Source: an uncultured virus (IMG/VR IMGVR_UViG_3300009678_000003)
Taxonomy: Duplodnaviria; Heunggongvirae; Uroviricota; Caudoviricetes
IMG/VR virus record: IMGVR_UViG_3300009678_000003
Length of the DNA stretch: 20,000 nucleotides
Reading direction: 5' to 3' (one strand)
The notes below the pieces were generated by a model, which worked only from the letters and a program-made list of their open reading frames with translations, had not been told where the DNA came from and ran no database searches. This document shows positions 16,207-20,000 of this stretch, piece by piece. The position numbers and the translations under genes were made by a program. Position 1 is the first letter of the stretch; each line of letters starts with the position of its first letter.

Positions 16207-17022
16207 TTAGGGCGTAGGCTTCCGCTTCGCTGCGAGGAAAGCGGAGATCTGTCTACCAACGCGCAGCTCTCCATAGCTTGTAGACGCATCATCACCTTTG
16301 CAGTAAATGTGCGCTTGGCACAGCAACCCAACCGCCTCGTCCAGCCTGCGTTGCAGGGCGTGAATAGTCGTATCACAAGCGTTGTGTTCGGCCTTAAACT
16401 TCTCATCCTTGCCATCGGATTTGAAGAAGGCAGACTGCTCGTCAAGAATTTCACCAAGCTGACGCTGGCTCTGGGCGAGCTGCTGCGCTAGGTCGTCTCG
16501 TTCGTACCGAGTAACCTGTAATTGACCTAGCAAAGACAACCCTTCTGAGATAGCTCTGTTAGTCAGTGACGAGTCTTCAGCTTCTTGATATGAACTGAGC
16601 CTGTCCGCCCCGCCTTCAGATTGTGCTGTGGTCCCGAGCCGTTCTTCAGGCGTTGTTTCTGCTGGCGTCTCACCCTTCTGGTTCTTATTTTTGAACGCAT
16701 AGCCAACCCGCTTTTTGCGTACCTCATCGTCACGCTGTTTTGTCATCCCAACCAAATCCCTCTTCAGCCACCCAATCTCCTCCCGCGCCTGCTGGAGTTC
16801 GGCGGCAAGCGCATCCAATCTCTGCTGTCTGTCAGCCATTCGAATCTTTGCGTCATCTACGATCTCTTGAAGCCGCTCGTTTTCGGCTTGGAGCACGGCG
16901 AAGTCGATGGTGTAGGCCGCTTTGAGCAACTTTCCCATCCACTTGCTCGGACAGTTAAAATCGTTGTGTAAGTTAATACCAACGGCTGCTTCAATCGCTT
17001 CCTCACTCGGCTCATTTGGCAT
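16207..17022 (-). CDS. Hypothetical coiled-coil phage protein
   Basis: 271 aa, AAGGAG RBS, TAATG coupling to the upstream gene. Confidence 0.7.
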   Translation of the reverse strand: MPNEPSEEAIEAAVGINLHNDFNCPSKWMGKLLKAAYTIDFAVLQAENERLQEIVDDAKIRMADRQQRLDALAAELQQAREEIGWLKRDLVGMTKQRDDEVRKKRVGYAFKNKNQKGETPAETTPEERLGTTAQSEGGADRLSSYQEAEDSSLTNRAISEGLSLLGQLQVTRYERDDLAQQLAQSQRQLGEILDEQSAFFKSDGKDEKFKAEHNACDTTIHALQRRLDEAVGLLCQAHIYCKGDDASTSYGELRVGRQISAFLAAKRKPTP

Positions 17023-17324
17023 TAGCTCGCTCCTTGCGCTTCTACAGTGGATTCAATCTTCTCATCAACAAGGACTTGGCAAACCCTGACACACTCATCA
17101 CAAATGTAAGCTGACTTACCAGCCACAAGTTTACGAACCTCATTTCTCCACTTTGAACAAAACGAGCAGCACATCTCGGCTGGAAGGCTTCGCTCGAAAC
17201 CTTCTAGTACCTTGAACGGGATAGTGACATCGCCAAAAGTTACGAATGCCAAGCCTGATGGAGAAATTCCATTCAAGGTCCCGCAAATAGATCCATACCA
17301 AACTTTGTCGCCTACTCGCATCAT
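17022..17324 (-). CDS. Protein with a ClpX-type C4 zinc-binding domain
   Basis: [30 protein letters not shown] matches the ClpX N-terminal zinc-binding pattern CSFCGK...V.KL.AG...YICDEC. There is no AAA+ domain. Confidence 0.85.
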   Translation of the reverse strand: MMRVGDKVWYGSICGTLNGISPSGLAFVTFGDVTIPFKVLEGFERSLPAEMCCSFCSKWRNEVRKLVAGKSAYICDECVRVCQVLVDEKIESTVEAQGAS

Positions 17325-17557
17325 CTCCCCTCCTTGCGCTTGGCTGGCTTGGTACGCTGGACTAAGAACTTCTTGTCGATAAAGTCAATGATGTATTGAT
17401 AGCTCGGCACAATAGAAATCGCATCAGCAAACACCTTTCTCTGACGACGCATCTTTCTCTCCAGCGCCCTCCGCTCCAGCCGTCTGCCCTCGACCTTGCC
17501 TGCCTCGTAGCCGTTCTTATAAACTGGCGATTCTATTTCAATGAATGGCTTCCTCAT
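17321..17557 (-). CDS. Hypothetical basic protein
   Basis: 78 aa, with ATGA overlaps at both ends. Confidence 0.65.
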   Translation of the reverse strand: MRKPFIEIESPVYKNGYEAGKVEGRRLERRALERKMRRQRKVFADAISIVPSYQYIIDFIDKKFLVQRTKPAKRKEGR

Positions 17558-17940
17558 CTCTCTGCTCCTTTGGGTGGGTCGGGTAGGTGTTGCGCTGCCC
17601 TGAGTTGACTGGCAAACTTCAAGTCCCTGACCGCTCTAATCCACCCGTCCACATCTGAGTCAGGAACGTCACTCCAAATCATTGTCACAATTGGACGACC
17701 ACTGAGCACCTGACACAGCTTGATTGCATCACGAGCATCTTGTAGATCACCGCTCGGCTCCTGCTTGGCCAGGGCTGCGGCTCGTGCTTCAATCGCCTTC
17801 TTGTAAGCGGTCAGTTTCTCTGAGATTGGATGGGTGTGCAGGTGTGTTCCCTTCGGGACTAGGAAGGCCAACTCGATCAAGAGTTGTGCCGCCGCATCAT
17901 CCACCGCCGCCTTTAGCGCATCGCTATTCAACTCGCTCAT
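17554..17940 (-). CDS. Hypothetical protein
   Basis: 128 aa, with ATGA overlaps at both ends. Confidence 0.65.
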   Translation of the reverse strand: MSELNSDALKAAVDDAAAQLLIELAFLVPKGTHLHTHPISEKLTAYKKAIEARAAALAKQEPSGDLQDARDAIKLCQVLSGRPIVTMIWSDVPDSDVDGWIRAVRDLKFASQLRAAQHLPDPPKGAER

Positions 17941-18065
17941 CCGCCAAGGTTTTCCTCGTTTGGCCCACGGAGTTGAAGCCGATCAGCCTGTTGGCCAGCT
18001 CCGTTACGCATTAACTCTGTGGTGATCTTCTCAGCCAGCCTCTTGCACAGCGCCGGGTCAGTCAT
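17937..18065 (-). CDS. Small hypothetical protein (MTDPALCKR...), 42 aa
   Basis: GAGG RBS and an internal ATG of the 17937..18233 ORF. It fits the tightly coupled gene chain. Confidence 0.5.
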   Translation of the reverse strand: MTDPALCKRLAEKITTELMRNGAGQQADRLQLRGPNEENLGG

Positions 18066-18249
18066 CGGTAAGCCTCGTCTGGGATGTGTACCGCAGCACC
18101 TTGCCGCAGAAGCAGCAGAAGCGCATCTTGTTGTCTCGCGGCGTGCCTTCGATGATCTCGTAGCTGCCGCCGCATGAAGTCTGCCACACGCCATCCTCGT
18201 CCTGGGTCCAGCGGCATTCTTTAACTTCGTCATTCATGGTAAGGGTCAT
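18058..18249 (-). CDS. Small zinc-ribbon protein (C.W...W.TSCG...FCCFCGK)
   Basis: The ATG at 18249 overlaps the upstream TGA. The Cys pattern is typical of small phage proteins. Confidence 0.65.
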   Translation of the reverse strand: MTLTMNDEVKECRWTQDEDGVWQTSCGGSYEIIEGTPRDNKMRFCCFCGKVLRYTSQTRLTDD

Positions 18250-18437
18250 CTCTCCCAATCTTCCACGCCGTCCTGGTTGCAATTTGGGCAATTGATCTCT
18301 CCATCTCCGTGCATACAGTAACCAGCGCCCCGGCATAGATCGTCGATGCAGACAACAAGGAATCTTGCCCCACCACATTGGTAGCATCCACTATTCCCGC
18401 AAAACTCGTCGTCATAATCAAACTCTTCGTCGCTCAT
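18246..18437 (-). CDS. Small Cys-rich acidic protein
   Basis: 63 aa with CYQCGG...CIDDLC...CMHG...CPNC. Confidence 0.65.
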   Translation of the reverse strand: MSDEEFDYDDEFCGNSGCYQCGGARFLVVCIDDLCRGAGYCMHGDGEINCPNCNQDGVEDWER

Positions 18438-18676
18438 GCTGAGGGACCATTAAGCCATCAAAACACGCTACGATGAACCAATCAAACAGTGATTGAACAC
18501 GATTGGAGCGTTGATCCTATTAGTTTTCAACACTCGAAAAAGTCTTGCCGCTACCTTGACACGGTAGAGGCCACGTGTTCGATCCACGTCGCGCCCACCA
18601 ATCTTTCAATAAGTTACGAGCACTTTCAAAAACCGCTAAAAAGTCAGGGCATCTCTACGGGACCATCTCGAAACAA

Positions 18677-19335
18677 AGGCCGCTCGTTTTTCATGGGTCT
18701 ATCTACTTGCGTGGCTCGCTCCATCGGGTTGGCGCTATCTTTGACCTTGGCTCGCTCGGGGTTGTTGGAGCTATCCCCCTTTATGGCTCGCTCCACCAAT
18801 TTGGTTCTGTCCATATCGTTGGCTCGCTCGCCTTGGATGTTGCTATCCTGAGCGGTGGCTCACTCTTGAATGATGGTCAACTCTGGTTTCGTGGTTCGCT
18901 CTGAAACCCTGTATCTATCTCGCTGTATGGCTCGCTCGTCAATAGTGAATCTATCGCATCACGTGGCTCGCTCTTCTACATTGTTACTGTTCTATCTCTA
19001 TGGCTCACTCCAGTGGCTTGGTTCTGTCGGCATACCTGGCTCGCTCCCGTGGGGTGATTCTATCGCTTCTCTTGGCTCGCTCAAACTGCTTGGTTCTATC
19101 CTCTTAGACGGCTCGCTCCCTAGTTTTGGCACTGTCGGGGAGGGTGGCTCGCTCTCTGGAATTGTTTCTTTCCGAGCTCATGGCTCGCTCTTGTTTCTTG
19201 GACCTATCAAGCGCCTTGGCTCGCTCCCTTCTCATGGTTCTCTTCCTGAGGATGGCTCGCTCCCATATGAATGGTTCACTCCTAACCTCTGGCTCGCTCA
19301 CCTTAAATGGTTCTATCCCGCTGTGTGGCTGACTT
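18677..19335 (-). repeat. TIGR-like (tandem interspaced guide RNA) dual-repeat array, 18 units of 36 bp
   Basis: On the + strand, TGGCTCGCTC or a 1-nt variant starts at 18712, 18748, 18784, 18820, 18856, 18892, 18928, 18964, 19001, 19037, 19073, 19109, 19145, 19181, 19217, 19253 and 19290, with degenerate copies at 18677 and 19326. A second, looser repeat (consensus TGGTTCTATC) lies midway in each unit. Unique spacers of about 8 nt separate the repeats. Confidence 0.93.
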
Positions 19336-19999
19336 CCGGCTCAATCATGTGCGCATGTCCAAGGATAGCAATCGGGTAAGGCTTTGGCGGTGCGACTCCA
19401 AAGTGGTTCTGATACATGATGCCGTGGAGGTGTGCTAGAAACAGTTTTGTTGAGTAACGCTCCGCTCTTTGCTCAATCTGAGCTGGCGGCAACTTCACTT
19501 GAGAGTAAGCTTTGAACGCGTCTGTGCTCTTGTCGATTTTCTTCTTTACCAAAATTGCGTCGGCCTGGTCTTTGAATTCGAGGCGGTCGTTCTTCTCAAC
19601 TTCTTGATTCTTGCGCTGTCGATAGATTTTCCCGTAAAAGCAACTGTCTCGACCTGAGTTCTTCATAAAGCTTTGGCCGATTAGCCAGCAGAGCCGTTTT
19701 AGGCTGGCATTCCAAGGGCGCTTTTCTCCTTTGTTCCATTGCTGTCCTGGCACCAAGCCAGCGAAAGACCAGATGTGTCCAACCGTCGGGGCCTTTGTGA
19801 TGTCAATATTGGAGATCAGCCCTGCTGTCAAAACCGGCCCTATCCCAACCACACTGAGAGCCCATTGACCGTTGACATCAGATTCACAATAGGAGAGCAA
19901 GGCGCGTTTGATTTGACCCTCCAAGCCTTCGGACTTAGAGAAGAGCCATTCAAGCACAGCGCACGGTTCTCCTTCCTTTGCCATCGTTCGAACCTGATG
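19313..19999 (-). CDS. tas: Tas-like Nop-domain protein (IS110-related RNA-binding fold), 5'-truncated by the window edge
   Basis: WALSVVGIGPVLTAGLISNIDI...GHIWSFAGLVPG...PWNASLKRLCW...YGKIYRQRK...RAERY..KLFLAHL resembles the IS110 C-terminal/Nop fold. There is no SG catalytic motif after AGLxP. The frame stays open to the window end (HQVRT-MAKE). The gene abuts the dual-repeat array. Confidence 0.85.
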   Translation of the reverse strand, partial: HQVRTMAKEGEPCAVLEWLFSKSEGLEGQIKRALLSYCESDVNGQWALSVVGIGPVLTAGLISNIDITKAPTVGHIWSFAGLVPGQQWNKGEKRPWNASLKRLCWLIGQSFMKNSGRDSCFYGKIYRQRKNQEVEKNDRLEFKDQADAILVKKKIDKSTDAFKAYSQVKLPPAQIEQRAERYSTKLFLAHLHGIMYQNHFGVAPPKPYPIAILGHAHMIEPEVSHTAG

Positions 20000-20000
20000 A

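Noticed and set aside
18677..19335. CRISPR array
   Set aside because: The repeats are only 10 nt and of two alternating kinds, the spacers are 8 nt, and no cas genes are visible. This does not fit CRISPR repeat and spacer sizes.
18489..19379. ORFs across the array (18489..18851, 18575..18904, 18870..19379, 19126..19332, 19104..19301) with GSL/ARS/ERA periodicity
   Set aside because: These are by-products of the 36-bp DNA period. Conservation is at nucleotide level, and the two 37-bp units shift the repeat register between frames.
19313..20000. Ordinary IS110 transposase or insertion sequence
   Set aside because: There is no catalytic SG loop after AGLxP. The gene is co-oriented within a phage gene block and is followed by a multi-unit guide-like array. 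The N-terminus is outside the window, so this is not fully excluded.

Overview
Segment of a tailed phage or prophage genome. The + strand (1-16159) carries tail and virion genes: a Dit/DUF2460-like protein, a 1300-aa hub/tail-tip protein ending in a beta-helix, and fibre-like proteins. These are followed by an M15 endolysin, holin-like membrane proteins and small accessory genes. Two reverse-oriented cassettes and a structured non-coding island (about 12360-12850) interrupt this run. The - strand (16207-20000) is a convergent block of small early-type genes. The main finding is at the right end: an IS110/Nop-like gene (19313 to beyond 20000, - strand) with no evident IS110 catalytic-serine motif. 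It is directly followed, and overlapped, by an 18-unit, 36-bp-period dual-repeat array (18677-19335): GAGCGAGCCA and GATAGAACCA alternate with 8-nt variable spacers. This is the architecture of a TIGR-Tas RNA-guided system. All calls were made by eye from sequence motifs; no database searches were run.
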